The notes below the pieces were generated by a model that did no database searches, was not told the DNA's origin, and saw nothing but the letters and a program-made list of their open reading frames with translations. A stretch of DNA of 57,794 bases, counting the filler, from Bipalium vagum (taxonomy: Eukaryota), in the NCBI GenBank assembly GCA_037834085.1. It is 3 parts of 3 records of this genome, joined end to end, with 100 filler letters (N's around TTAATTAATTAA, not from the genome) between each part and the next. Parts side by side here need not be neighbours in the genome. Positions count along the whole stretch, not along the records: positions 1 to 16,301 come from JBBMKC010117012.1; 2 more parts are not named here. One strand, 5' to 3'. Made by a program: the position numbers and the translations under genes. Shown piece by piece: positions 1 to 12,087 of this stretch. The stretch's first letter is position 1, and each line of letters begins with the position of its first letter.

Positions 1-39
1 TATTTATTATTTAATATTAATTAAAATTTAATCCTTACA

Positions 40-43
40 ATAC

Positions 44-97
<54 letters not shown>

Positions 98-133
98 TAA
101 TAACAATAATAACAATAATCCACCAATAATAAT
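40..133. repeat. (AAT)n microsatellite with ACT/AAC variants
   Basis: Tandem AAT units read directly from the sequence. Confidence 0.95.
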
Positions 134-1397
134 GAAATATAGACAAAAATACAATTCTAATTGTGAATAATCAATGTCCATTTTTTATTATTATAATCAT
201 TTTTCACAATCAATTAATATTATTGAATATTATTATTTATTTAATTTATCTCTATGGATTTGAACATTTCCTTTTTTCAATTTCAGAATGATCAAACAAA
301 ACCAAAAGGTCATTTTTATTTTAATAATTAATTAAAATTGGTCAATTTTTATTATTTATTTCAATTGAATTATTATTATATTATTTTAATAAATTTTTTC
401 TTTACCTTAACTGTACAATTTGAAACCATCTGTGGACGTAATGAAATTATTGAAATCCCCAACTATGAGGTTGAAATCCTAAGCACTAGACCATTACCCA
501 AGAAATTTCAACAATTGCAGTGTTCAGCACGGTTCCGCAACCTGAGCGATCAAAAGGATTTTATGGGCGTTGAAAAGTGCAATGGGTCATAAAAAAACCA
601 TGTCATCAATGAGTTAAACTTGATTAATTTTTATTGATTGTTTTAATATACAAATTAAAGATGGTAATTATTACCACCGTAGAATCAGAATATCAATGAT
701 AAATTCCAATAGTTACTTAGTTACAATAGTAAAGTAGGCTTTCGGATTGATCTAATTACTCTCAAAAGTTTTATAATAAAACATCTCTACAATCTTAATT
801 TCGCCCAGTACGAAGACCAGGATGTCTTCAGTATTTATCGACTCTTGTTATAAAGATATTCTCGAGGGCGTTTTGTTATTGTGAGTATAAATATTTATCC
901 TACACGATCAATGATCAAATGATTCAAAGATCATTTTCGGGTTCCGAGTGAGCTAGACAACTGACAGCAGACCGACAGGAGTTCCGATGAACCAAAAATG
1001 AAATCCAGAAATGTTGATTTGATTTTCATAACGTTTCCTTATAATTCTATAAAGCGTTTTTTAACGTTATGTTGACAGGAAACCAGTGGTTACGATTTTC
1101 ATTGTTACTTTATTTCATAATTTAATTGTGAATTGATTGTGCTACGATTGATGAAATCTATTGACAATTGTTGAACATTTTGGTGCTCTTACTGATAAAT
1201 GATTAATACAGTTTTTAGACTAGCGCTCCGCTTTTAATATTTGAAAGAGTGGAGAGATAGGAACAAAGCCTGTTGGAAAAGGGGTCGTATTTTGAGGGAT
1301 TAGTTAATATTAAAATTTTTATTACGAATTTTTACTCAAACTGAAAAATACATTTGTTTTCTCTTGGCAGAGAAGGAAAAAAGTTTCTATTAAGTCA

Positions 1398-2309
1398 ATG
1401 TTCCACGAATTTTTTGCGATCAAAAATATCGTGCTTTTGTTTTATTTGCAATTGTTGGTGTTACTAAAATTAATAATACCTCTTACTCCAGATGGTCCAA
1501 CCGACCCCCAGTCAAAGCAAGAAAAGCCGAACATTGTTCTGCTACTAGGTAACCCTGTTGATTAAGCAGTTCTTTTACTGAGGTTCTTTAATTTCCTAAT
1601 TATTTCCGACATCAAACAAGGCGGTCCATGTAGTGGCAAAAGATCGATAGGAGAACAAATTGCTAAAAAGTACATGATGTCATTCATTCATGTCGATCAA
1701 ATGATTTCCGATGAGATCAGATCTGAATCTGAGAATGCCGATCTTCTCAGAGAATGTCTGAAATCGAATTATGCCGATATCGTAAGAATAAAAGTGACCT
1801 CCCTCCAAGCGAAGATTTATGGAATTGTTCTAGACTGCAATTTTGTCTTTCCTCGGGAAACATGTGGCTAATGGAGTGGATGTAGGCGAAACTATCATTC
1901 TGGCTGGTTTTCCGAAAGCCCTTGGCCAATACCCAGGCTTCATAGAAAAAGTTTGAAGGCAACTTACAAGTTAAACTGAATTGAATGTCTTCAGGTTGGC
2001 TTGGTTTCGGCTGTGATTTACATCAATGTAACAGAAGAGATGATGAGAAGTCGACTGGATTCAGCTCATGGTGAAGATAGTTCTTCGGATACTTATTCAG
2101 CACGTATTGAGGATTTCACAAGTCAAAGTTTTCCCCTTATTGAAAGCTTAAGGATGTTGGACAATTTCAGTGAAGTTGAGATTTTCTGTTGCATTTATCG
2201 AAATTAGTTGTGATTGCTGTAGGTCAATGGTAATGACGACATCGAAAAGGTGATAGCTCGGACCTTTGAGATTGTTGACAGATTTCCATTTCTGAAGTCA
2301 AAGCAGTGA
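1398..2309 (+). CDS. Adenylate kinase / UMP-CMP kinase-like protein, 5 exons (1398-1548, 1621-1781, 1834-1950, 1995-2174, 2223-2309), about 231 aa; 5' end uncertain
   Basis: Four GT-AG introns (72, 52, 44, 48 nt) splice in frame to KPNIVLLLGGPCSGKRS (P-loop)...IAKKYMMSFIHVDQMISDEI (NMP-binding)...IILAGFPKALGQ...VIYINVTEEMMRSRL...VNGNDDIEKV...KQ*. This is the NMP-kinase motif order. ORF-track entries 1674-1871 and 2001-2207 are exons 2 and 4. Confidence 0.85.
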
Positions 2310-2589
2310 GACATTGACAGTGCTTGATTGCAAATATATTTTACTAATGTGTATCGCACTTTTTGTATTCGTTTTTCATAAAATATAATTTTCCTTTGTC
2401 ACTTTAACCTTTTCATATGGGAACAGTTTCTGAACTGCGTCTCTCATTTCAGTCGTTCACGGATTTTGATGATACTCTGCCACTTCTGATAAGATCTGGG
2501 AGATATACAACCTATTTGATAATTTATCATACTATGATATGGAAGAACCAATATTGATTAATCTTTTTCTTTTACTAAATTAAAAAATA

Positions 2590-3745
2590 TTAGGTTTGTG
2601 CAAATATAATGGCCGATTTTCAGCACAATAATAAGATATTTCAAGCAAAACGGGATATAAGATATATTTAATTGAATCTTTATTTAATCATTATTATCAA
2701 TATATTTTTTGTTTAAACAGCCTTATAAAGGTTAATATATTCGCATATAATTTAAATAAAACAGTTTTCATATTAGAACAAAGATGAATTATTCATGAAG
2801 AACAACTTTTTTAATTAACATTTTTTTAAAAGGTACGTGTGTGTAGTTTGGACAAAAATTTAAGAAATTGTTTCCAGACAGTTACATTCCAAAGAAAACT
2901 ATACTCACAAGCTTCAGGATATGCCAATGTTCTATAACGGAAAAGTAAGGTGACAGAACAAATACCTCAGAAAAATGGTTCGAATCGAGCAAGCCACACA
3001 AAATTTGAGAGAAATTAGGCAGATAATCAATTATTTTATGTCTCAAAGATTTTCAATTCAGCAATCAAACCGTTTACCGAATTTTAAAAGACGACGAAAA
3101 GTTAGATCTTTCTGTTCCATATTATTTGGAAAAAACCAACAACAGAATAGAATTCTAGCGTGCTCTGCAAACAAATAAAAAAAGCATAAAGATTTACTCC
3201 AGCAAAAATTTAGCTCTAGATAAGATTGTACAAGCCTCAATCGAAAGACCAACTTTGTAACTGAATTTCAACCAATGATCCTGAACCATGAGTTCTTAGA
3301 GAATTGAAATTTCTGATAAACGAATATTCTTCGTAGAAATAGACTACGAAGGAATATCCTTTGTGAAGAGAACAAGACTAATAAGGCTGAACTCTACAAA
3401 CTAATAATAAAACGAGAAATCAAAGAAGGTTTTTAAAAAAATCATTCAAAGCTCCTGTTGCTCTCCGTGAAAACGCCCGACCCCATAAATCAAATGCTGT
3501 TTGGCAATTTTTCACAGAAAAAGAAATTACGGAATAGTATCAGCCACTATATTTAACAGATATTTCGCTTTGTGATTATGATTGCTTTGGTCCATTTAAA
3601 CGAGTTCTTCGACGTCGGCAAGATGAAAATGGATTCGAATTTGAAAAGATCCTTATGCAACTTATAACGGAAGGCAAAGAAAATGATCTGTATCGATGTG
3701 TTCAGCTACTCAGTGATCGTTGGCAAAGTGTCATTGATGTGTGAG
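2590..3745 (+). mobile_element. Degenerate mariner-like transposon remnant
   Basis: Mariner-like left end TATTAGGTTTGTGCAAA; broken frames give LLLRENARPH, ISLCDYDCFGPFKRVL and LSDRWQSVID. Confidence 0.7.
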
Positions 3746-3984
3746 AAACCTTAATATAACGTTCATTACGGTTATATAGGTTTTGGATTTGTACTTTTTG
3801 TTAAATAAAATGAAACAAATACCCCATTTTGCTTGAATTGACATATTACTTTAAAATTCAATCACTCAGTTCAAACAAAATCTAGTAATCAAGATATAAA
3901 TATTTGGAATCCAGGCACTTCTACTGATGGGAAAGAAGCATATTTATTGTGTTGTCCCATAAAAAATTGTTTTTTGTAAAAATG

Positions 3985-4620
3985 TTTTGACAGCAACAGA
4001 CCATCTCTAGGCTATCTTTTGAATTCCATTTTTATACCACTCTGCAAGTCTGAAATCAAAACCTTTTTCTCATGATGAGCTCCTTTATTTTCAAACCACT
4101 GTCCTCGGAGAAAATACTATATTGAGCAAAGTCAGAAGCTGGAACATGTGGAGTTAATTCAATTCCTGAAGAATATTTATACTTGTTATTGATCTCTGTG
4201 AAGTGTAAGGTTTTGAGTTAATCGATTGTAACACAAAATCTTCTTCCGATTGATTAAAGAAGGAGACTTTGTTGTCATTACTTTATGCAATCTTTTTATT
4301 TATATTATTATAATGTTGGAGTTGAAGCTATTATCACCTGCACTATTATCACCTATTATCAAAGAAGAGAACCCCATCGGAGTTCCAAGAAACTCACAAA
4401 ATGAGCTGATTTTTAATCTATGTACTTTAGAACAAGACAAGAGATGGTTCATTAAATAAATAACAACATATATTGTGTGTATGGGTTATTAAATGACCTA
4501 CTTTTCATCCATGGCAACAATCTTTTGAAAAAGCGGTCGTCCACTGAGTTTTTAAAGTGATTTACAAATTACAAACCGTCTATTTACCTGACTTTCCGAC
4601 GTTTCATATGGGTCGATTTG
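3985..4620 (-). mobile_element. Degenerate mariner transposase remnant
   Basis: Minus strand gives LFQKIVAMDEK*, SWNSDGVLFF, KSPSLINRKKIL and WYKNGIQKIA*RW, with stops and frameshifts. Confidence 0.7.
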
Positions 4621-4829
4621 AGTAGTAAAAGTGCCATTATTTTTGCACAAATGTAATAAAATTAAACGTAGTATTATTTAATAATTTTTGTTAAGTTTCT
4701 CATTTATACACAAAGATACTCTAAAATTCTTATATACAAAATTAAAAACAATTTTCCTTGCTTCTTTAATATCCTTTCTTCTTTTTATTGTAATTATTTA
4801 CCAGTCTCATTTGTAACATGCCCTCGGGT

Positions 4830-5310
4830 AAGGGGCACCTCGTTATCCGGTCAAATTCACATTATTTTAAAAATTGATTTTCTATATTCACTATTTGTCT
4901 AATAGAAAAAATAGGAACCCCGAATGCCCAAAATATTAATCATTTTAAGAGACGGTTTTAATTTTGTCACTTTAACTAATGAAAACTATAAAATTAATTT
5001 CGTGTGGTCCGTTTATCAAACATTTATTTAGAGTAAAAAATTGTTTTCAAATTACACTTGCAAACTTTAAATTATGTCGTGAAAATGAACGGGAAACCAG
5101 AGATATGAAATATCGATAAATTAAGAAAATCTATTTCAGAAAGAAAATGAATTTTAGAATAAAATACAAGGGACCAATTAACTGGACCAAACAGAACTAG
5201 CTGATGATCAAAAGACCAAGTCAAATACTGTATTACCTCAAAGTAAATCATTGCAGGTACTTAATAGAACGACCTGAGAAATATTCAAGAGGTTCCACGA
5301 GAACAATATT
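4830..5310 (+). mobile_element. Possible pogo/Tigger 5' remnant (CENP-B-type HTH)
   Basis: Broken frames resemble SISE.K.ILE...DQTELA, with an end-like CACCTCGTTATCCGG upstream. Weak. Confidence 0.3.
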
Positions 5311-5579
5311 CCTGTTAAAAGACAAAATAAAAGATCTTGGTCTAAATGGAAAGAAAGTTGGTTAAAGAGATTAACAGCCCTTTAGAGGTTTTATTCAAAC
5401 ACTTTAAAAATATTATTATTATTTAATTTTATTAAATCGATACAGATGTTATGGCGTATTTGTCTAATATTTGGTATTCAATCAATTCACAAATTGTTTA
5501 AATATATCAAAACCATTTATTTCCTGTCGAATTTTTGAAGTAAATATTAATCGAGTAATTTGGAGAATATGTACTGAGT

Positions 5580-6390
5580 CTATTGAAGTGACACACAAAA
5601 TACCTAATGAAGATCACATACTAGAATAAATGATATACTAATTCCATCGTGATAAAACGGCATCAGCGGCTACAAGATCATCTACCCAAACATTGTTGAT
5701 GTCAGATATTGTTTTTATTGTTTTATATTGTTTTTGCGATGAAAAGTGAATCTATCATGTCAAAATAAGCAGACGACCAGATCATGGTCGTTGAAATGAG
5801 AGCCGCCGCAAAAAGTTAAAAAACGAAACCTTACACGAAACAAGGTTCATTTATGCATTTCATGGGATTCTCGTGGAATTATTTATCAGTAGTTTCAATA
5901 ATCCTCGAAAACAAATAATTTTCATGTCTATTGTGACATGCTAAGAAGAGTTCATGCCATTATGAAGGAAAACCGGACCAGTTTGATAAACCGAAAACAA
6001 GTGATTTTCCACCAAGATGATGCCAAGCCTCAGAAATCAATGAAGACATTGAAGGTTATTCAGGAATTGAGCTGGACCCTAATGGAATATCCGCTATCCG
6101 ATTTTTATTTGTTCTGGGTATTACAGAATCACTTGATGGGTAAAACTTTAAGCGTTCCAAAGGTATAAAGAATGCAGTACTTTATTTCTTTCATTCAAAA
6201 GATCAAGAGTTCTTTAATACTGGGATCAATAAACTTCTAAATAGATGGGAGGCAGTAATAGAAAAAGATGGGGAACATCTGGATGATTAATTATTTAATA
6301 ATGTTTTATGATTAATAAATTAAATTTAACTTATTCAGTCTTAGTTTAGTTTTGAATTTAAAAACGAAAAAGCTTAGTTCGTTACCTAAT
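5580..6390 (+). mobile_element. Mariner (DD34D) transposase pseudogene with right TIR
   Basis: CDEK*IY, KVHLCISWDSRGII, VIFHQDDAKP, SDFYLF..LQNHL and GINKLLNRWEAVI; ends in ...GTTACCTAATA. Confidence 0.9.
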
Positions 6391-7717
6391 ATTTAAATTA
6401 TTGAACGTTGGAGATACTATACCGTTACCGAAGAAATCCATGAATTTTTTGTAAATGGAGCGAAATTGTAAACAAAAGTGTATTTAATTAACATAAGGCC
6501 ATAAACTGGGCTTAATATCAAACTTTTATTAGTCAAATCCTTAGCAAGAACAAATTGAATTAATCGAAGTAAGCGCATTTGGCAAGGATGTATTTCTGCA
6601 ATATTGTTGGTAGTTCAGAGATTCATTTATCAAAAACTTTTGGTTTGAGAGAATCAATAAATTGCGTAGAAGAATTTTGTAAAGCCTCGTTGGATTGTAT
6701 AACACAAATATATTATAAACAATTTCCTTTTTTAGAAATAAAATGTTAGTTCTTTTATTTGATAACAAAAAGTGATTGGTGACAGCTATTATCGATTGTT
6801 CAACAGTTTATTATCTTTTTAAAGCGTTCTCTTTGTCCTTTAAGAATTTATGTGGAATAAAGTGTGATTTTGTCGACTGTATATATTTCAATTTACTGCC
6901 AATAGCTCCCAGTATATTTTTGTGCTCATTTGACAAAGTTTGTCAGTCTAATACGACATTTTTCAATTTGATCAATATTAGATACAGTAATCTTACAATA
7001 AAAAAAACCTAATGGTAACGTCTTTTACTAATATGAAACTAATATTAATATTCGTAACTATTTGCTATTAAATATAACTTGTGATAAATGTGCTTTACAG
7101 TTCGATTTTTGGTTTAGGGGACTTGTGAATTGAAGTGAATGGCTAATAACAGCTTCATTCACCATTGAAAAGTTTAATTGTTTTAATTTTGCTTTATATT
7201 CAGAAAAAATACCACCTGAGACACATTTTTAGCATAAATTCTTTATTGGACAGTGAAGATACCATAGTGGCAGCTGAACTGCTACTTTCTTTCTGGTTAC
7301 GTATAGAGTCTAATTCATTCACGTCATGCAAGCTAAACGAAATCATTTCTGTTCAAAATATGTACAGTGACAAAAGGCAATTGGAAAAATTGTTTATTAA
7401 GCCGAGCATTGAAGACAATAACAAAACATCTGAAAATCTAAATTTTTACTCATTTTTTAAATTTTTACTATTGGATATTAATTTTAAGACGTTAGTCCGC
7501 GACCAGAAACACAAACAGTAACAAACCAGAGCCTAAGCCGAGTATTGCACTAGGTGATCTTACGAATTTCCGAAGACTGAGGACTGAGCATTGCATGGCT
7601 GAATCCAAGAGAACCTCAACAAGTAAAATAAATTATAATTATATTTCAATATTTTATGGACCAAAGATTATTAGCAAAAACAGGGTACAGAAAAATTATT
7701 GATAGACCCAACATTAT

Positions 7718-8375
7718 TTATTCCTGAATTAGCATTAAATCCATTGAGTATATTGTTAATGATATGCAACGTACTGTGGACTCTGACCAGTCTCTATTAA
7801 TTATTCGATTCAGTTTATGTCGTTTTTTCTTTCTGATAGGCTTTATCTTTTTGACCGCGTTATTCAAGAATCCCAAAACCCCTCCCTGACCAGACCATAT
7901 ATTCTTTATTCTCAAGAAACACCAATTCTAATAATTTCTTTTCCGGGAAGTGCATGATTACATATAGATCGAAGATCGGTAAGAATATCATGACTTCTGA
8001 AATACTGTTCTACTATGATATCCACACTACTATCCAAATTATGCTTTCTTGCCAATACACTGTTTAATTATAACTCTTCGGAAGTCTAACTTTTGATGGA
8101 TATAGTACTCCAGGCTTCGACTTGTCAAATCTGAGGGATAAGATTCCGGACACATCCAAATCAACAAAAGAAAAATACTTTTGTTGTGTTCAGGATATTT
8201 AAGAACATCATTATTATTATCAGTTTCATCGGAATTCATGAATCGCAGATTGAACTTCTTTCTCGTTTGTATTGTTTTCATCTTCTCTTATTACTCTTTG
8301 AACTTCTGAATATGTCGGTCTTTCAGGCTCTTCTGTCTCTCCCATTGAAAAGGATATCAATGATTCTCATTCATT
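7718..8375 (-). pseudogene. Frameshifted, apparently intronless coding remnant of unknown family
   Basis: Consecutive protein-like segments in alternating minus frames: MGETEEPERPTYSEVQRV, SFVDLDVSGILSLRFDKSKPG, DSSVDIIVEQYFRSHDIL. Visibly richer in GC than the flanks. Confidence 0.3.
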
Positions 8376-8536
8376 ATGTTTACTTAACAATTACAAGAGT
8401 AACAATATAATGACCGGATTCACGTGTGTTTATTGTTTTATATTCTTTTTGAAATGAATATTTTTGCACCAATAATTTATTATATATTTTTCAAAAAAAT
8501 TTTGTCGGACTTACATTTCTTAATTATTACAATATA

Positions 8537-9570
8537 CAGGGTGTCTCACTTACCTATTAATACGACTTTGGCACTATATAAAATCTGTTCTACTAATTTG
8601 AATTCAATAAAATTTTCAATTAACGTCAATTATTTCATTGACATTTTCACTATTTAATTTTCATTGCAAAAAAATTTTCCCTGTAAAGACAAAAGAATTT
8701 TTGAAAATCTAAAATTTGTTTAACTGTATCAATTTAATCAAGACAATTTAAATCCATTTATTTCAGATATGCATTAATTTATCATTAATATTGGTACATA
8801 AGATGTAACTGGCATGGAATATAATATCCAAGAACGCATAAATGTTGCGGTGTGGAATGAATATATGAAACGTGGCACAAGCATCACACGAAATTTTAAG
8901 TCATAATATGGCCCCAAGTCGTCAGCCAGAGTCAGTATTTATAAATGGAAACCGGGGATGTGCAAATTTTTTTGAAGAACAGTATGCGATTTGTACGCAA
9001 TAAAGAAAATGATCAAAAAGTGGAGAATAATTTTAAGAAAAACCACATTCGTTACATTATCGTGTATCAGCAACATTTTTGCCACAATACTCAGAATATT
9101 AGGAGACTTGCATTAGGATTCTTACAAAATTCAAATTCTCCAAACGATTACCGAAAAAGATACAGCCAATTGGTACAATGTGTTTTAGGTTAACTGAAAA
9201 GAATGGAAGATTATGAAAATCATATTTGAAATATGCTGTTTTCTGAAGAGGCACACTTACATTGATGGTAACGTTAATCGTCATTGTCATCATTACTGGA
9301 CACCTCAAAATCCGAAGATTTTGCACTCTCTCAAAATCACTGTTTTGGTTGTCTTTGGGACATCTGATATTATTTGATCCTTTTTTCTTGATAACGCCAT
9401 TAACAGTCTTTCGTATCTGGAAATGTTGAAAACAAAGTTTTATCTATCATTAAAAACTTATGGCATGAAAAAGAGAATCAGATGTTGCCAAATCGTTGGG
9501 TTGGTAGAAGTTCTCCAAACATACCATGGCCACCTTGATCACCGGATTTAGGTCCCTGTGATTTCTTAGA
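8537..9570 (+). mobile_element. DD41D (rosa-type) Tc1/mariner remnant
   Basis: TA+CAGGGTGT left end; MEYNIQERINV.. N-terminus; AVF*EEAHL..VNRHCHHYW; GRSSPNIPWPP*SPDLGPCDF. Confidence 0.8.
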
Positions 9571-9639
9571 CAAACTTCTTTCAGGTCAGTCAGAAAAGGT
9601 CAAGGAAGATGAATTACATTTGCTAATAGATGAAAACTT

Positions 9640-10245
9640 GATTCAATAATAACATAGGGTATCGCAATTATTAAATATGGATAGAACAACAATTTATAGG
9701 TGTTTGGTAGTTATTGGAAAAATTTAGAAAGGAGAAAGGTGATTGCGAAAATAGACATGGGGAAGTGAAAACAATGTGTAAAATTTTTCTTGAAGGGGAA
9801 AATGAAAAATTTTCATTCACCGTCTTTTTATTTGAGATGAAAAGATAATATAAAGGAAAAAAATCCATATTTGATCCCGGAAAGCTGTCAAAATGTACAA
9901 AAACAAAATATTTACTGCAAGAAAATATTGGTATGAATACTATGGGACTAATGTGGTGTAGCGTAACAAGAGTTGTTAAAAAAGAACTAAACAGTCACTG
10001 CAGAAATTTACATCAACAATTGATAGATTTAAACGGTATTGAAAAATAAGCGACAAGAATATGCAAAGAAACATAACAAATTCATCTGCCAGTACGGTAA
10101 TTCATGACCATATGTTGCAAAAATTGTTAATGCCTCTTTGAAAGATTCACCGGACATTGCTCCAAGTGACTATCATTTGATTCGATCGATAACACGTGGA
10201 ACTTCGAAAAAATACTTCAACAGTTATGAAGAAATAAAAAATGAC
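9640..10245 (+). mobile_element. Degenerate mariner remnant
   Basis: DSPDIAPSDYHLIRS...KYFNSYEEIKN near the end; HTH-like LNMDRTTIYRCL upstream. Confidence 0.75.
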
Positions 10246-10259
10246 TCAATGCATGAGTC

Positions 10260-10660
10260 AGACGACTCGACAGAAAACCAAACTTCGCTTATTACAAGCT
10301 TTATAACAAGTCTTTATAAATGAAGCCAGACAGCAGCTGGAAAGAACCAAATCAGAGGTGATCTGTTACAGTTGTAACAAAATAGGACACATCAAAAAAG
10401 ATTGTTCAAATCGAAACAAAAGAGAATGTTTCGCATGTGGTTCGGAAGGCCATATAAGAAGAGATTGCAACAGAATGAAGTACCATCTATGTCATGGAAA
10501 GGGTCATCATGAAAAAGACTGTTATACCAGTGAATCAAAAATAAGAGCTCTCAGATAACGATATAATTATGAGAGAAATAGAGGAACGGAATATAGAAGA
10601 AATAATGGGTTTCAGAGAAATGTGAACGAGATATCAGAAGAAACGGTGGAGATATTTTCA
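10260..10660 (+). mobile_element. Retrotransposon gag remnant with three CCHC zinc knuckles
   Basis: CYSCNKIGHIKKDC, CFACGSEGHIRRDC and degenerate YHLCHGKGHHEKDC (CX2CX4HX4C), followed by an R/N-rich tail with a stop. Confidence 0.75.
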
Positions 10661-10983
10661 ACATTAGAAGACAGAGAAAGACTATATGTCAATGGTGAAA
10701 GACAAGCAGACTCGTATTCGAGCATTCAAAAGGGCGGGCTCCGTCCAAAGTCGAGTTGATTGGAGCCTTGAACTAGGCGTAGGAATACGGTTTTGCAAGA
10801 AGAGGAATGTAATAGAGAATGTGAAAAGTGATAGTGAAAATGAAAGTATCAGAGCAAAAGAGGGAATTGGAAAAGTTGAATAGATTTTTTAAGAAGAATT
10901 TTGAGGATGGAGATGAAACGAAAATAGTAACGCTGAAAAGAGTATTAATTTATTGTATAAATTTATTGTTTTAGATAAATAAA

Positions 10984-12087
10984 ATGTCTAGAAATTTAAC
11001 AGAATTACAATGATGTTACATTGTTGCATTCCGGAATAATGGAAATTCTTGGACTGAAATATGTCAACAAATCTTGGAAAAGTACAACAAGACGGTGACA
11101 AAACGCGGCATATTTGGAAGAAATATCTCAAAACAGGTTGGGTGACTGATAGGATGAGAAAAGGCAGACCAACTATTGTTTCACCACAAGCTTCACGAGG
11201 TATAAGACGCATTTGAAAAGCGAACCGCTTTGCATCAGTTCCTTATATCACCAAAAAGTACAATTCAAATTATGTTCGAAATGTATCTGTCAGTACCGCC
11301 CAGAAAATTCTGAAGAAATATGGTTTTCGAAGTTATACAGCAATTAAGAAGCTGTATTTATCAACGACTCAAAAGACTTTCCTGGGTTTGGACTTACAGT
11401 GCTTGGGATGCAGATAAATGGGGAGATGTGGTATTCAGTGATGAGTGTTTCTTTCAATCCTATTTGTCATCAAATAGGTTATTGGTTCGAAGAACTGCAT
11501 TGGAAAAGTATAACCCTGCCTTTACCAACCCAGTTATGGGACATGGCCCATCCATTCATGTCTGGGGTTGCTTCAGCAGTAATGGAGTTGGACGTCTAAC
11601 TATGAATGGCAAGAGATATCAAAAAGACATACTTTATGACTTAGATATAGCTGGCAAATGCTTAGTATTTCCAAAAGCAGCATTCGTTTTTCAACAAGAT
11701 TTGGCTCCTCCTCGTAAGGCCAAAAGTACCCAGGCTTTCCTAAAAAATAAAAATATCGAAGTCTTACCTTGGCCAGGTAATTGTCTTGACCTAAATCCCA
11801 TAGAAAATATCTGGAGTATCCTTAAACTTCAACTAAGTCCAATAAAACATAATTGTGCTGAAGATTTATGGAATGAGATCCAACATAAATGGTAAAATCT
11901 TTCTCGTAACACATGCCAGAAAATTGTGAACTCAATGCCAAAAAGATTACAATTGGTCAAGAAATCAAAGGGATAACCTGTTCAATATTAAGACTTGTTC
12001 ATTTAATAAATTTCGTTGTTTAAAATATTCTTTTCAATTAAAATTAGTATTTTTTATAGGGGGTGAACATACTTTTTAAGCGCACTG
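10984..12087 (+). mobile_element. Tc1-family (DD34E) transposon, disrupted; left TIR not found
   Basis: VVFSDE...FQQD-34 aa-E (WPGNCLDLNPIEN); N-terminus MSRNLTELQ* has a stop and frameshifts; right end ...GCGCACTG+TA. Confidence 0.93.

Noticed and set aside
338-1010. GC-richer blocks upstream of the kinase gene (ORF 338-592; MSSVFIDSCY..|GTGAGT)
   Set aside because: Possibly exons, but I could not build a consistent spliced model or recognise a protein or ncRNA.
7165-7622. 118-aa ORF and adjacent block with IALGDLTN (D-box-like)
   Set aside because: Open frames on both strands, no family recognised, and the D-box Arg is missing.
10358-10558. CNBP-like host zinc-knuckle gene
   Set aside because: Flanked by in-frame stops, one knuckle is degenerate and it is embedded in TE debris; gag is more likely.
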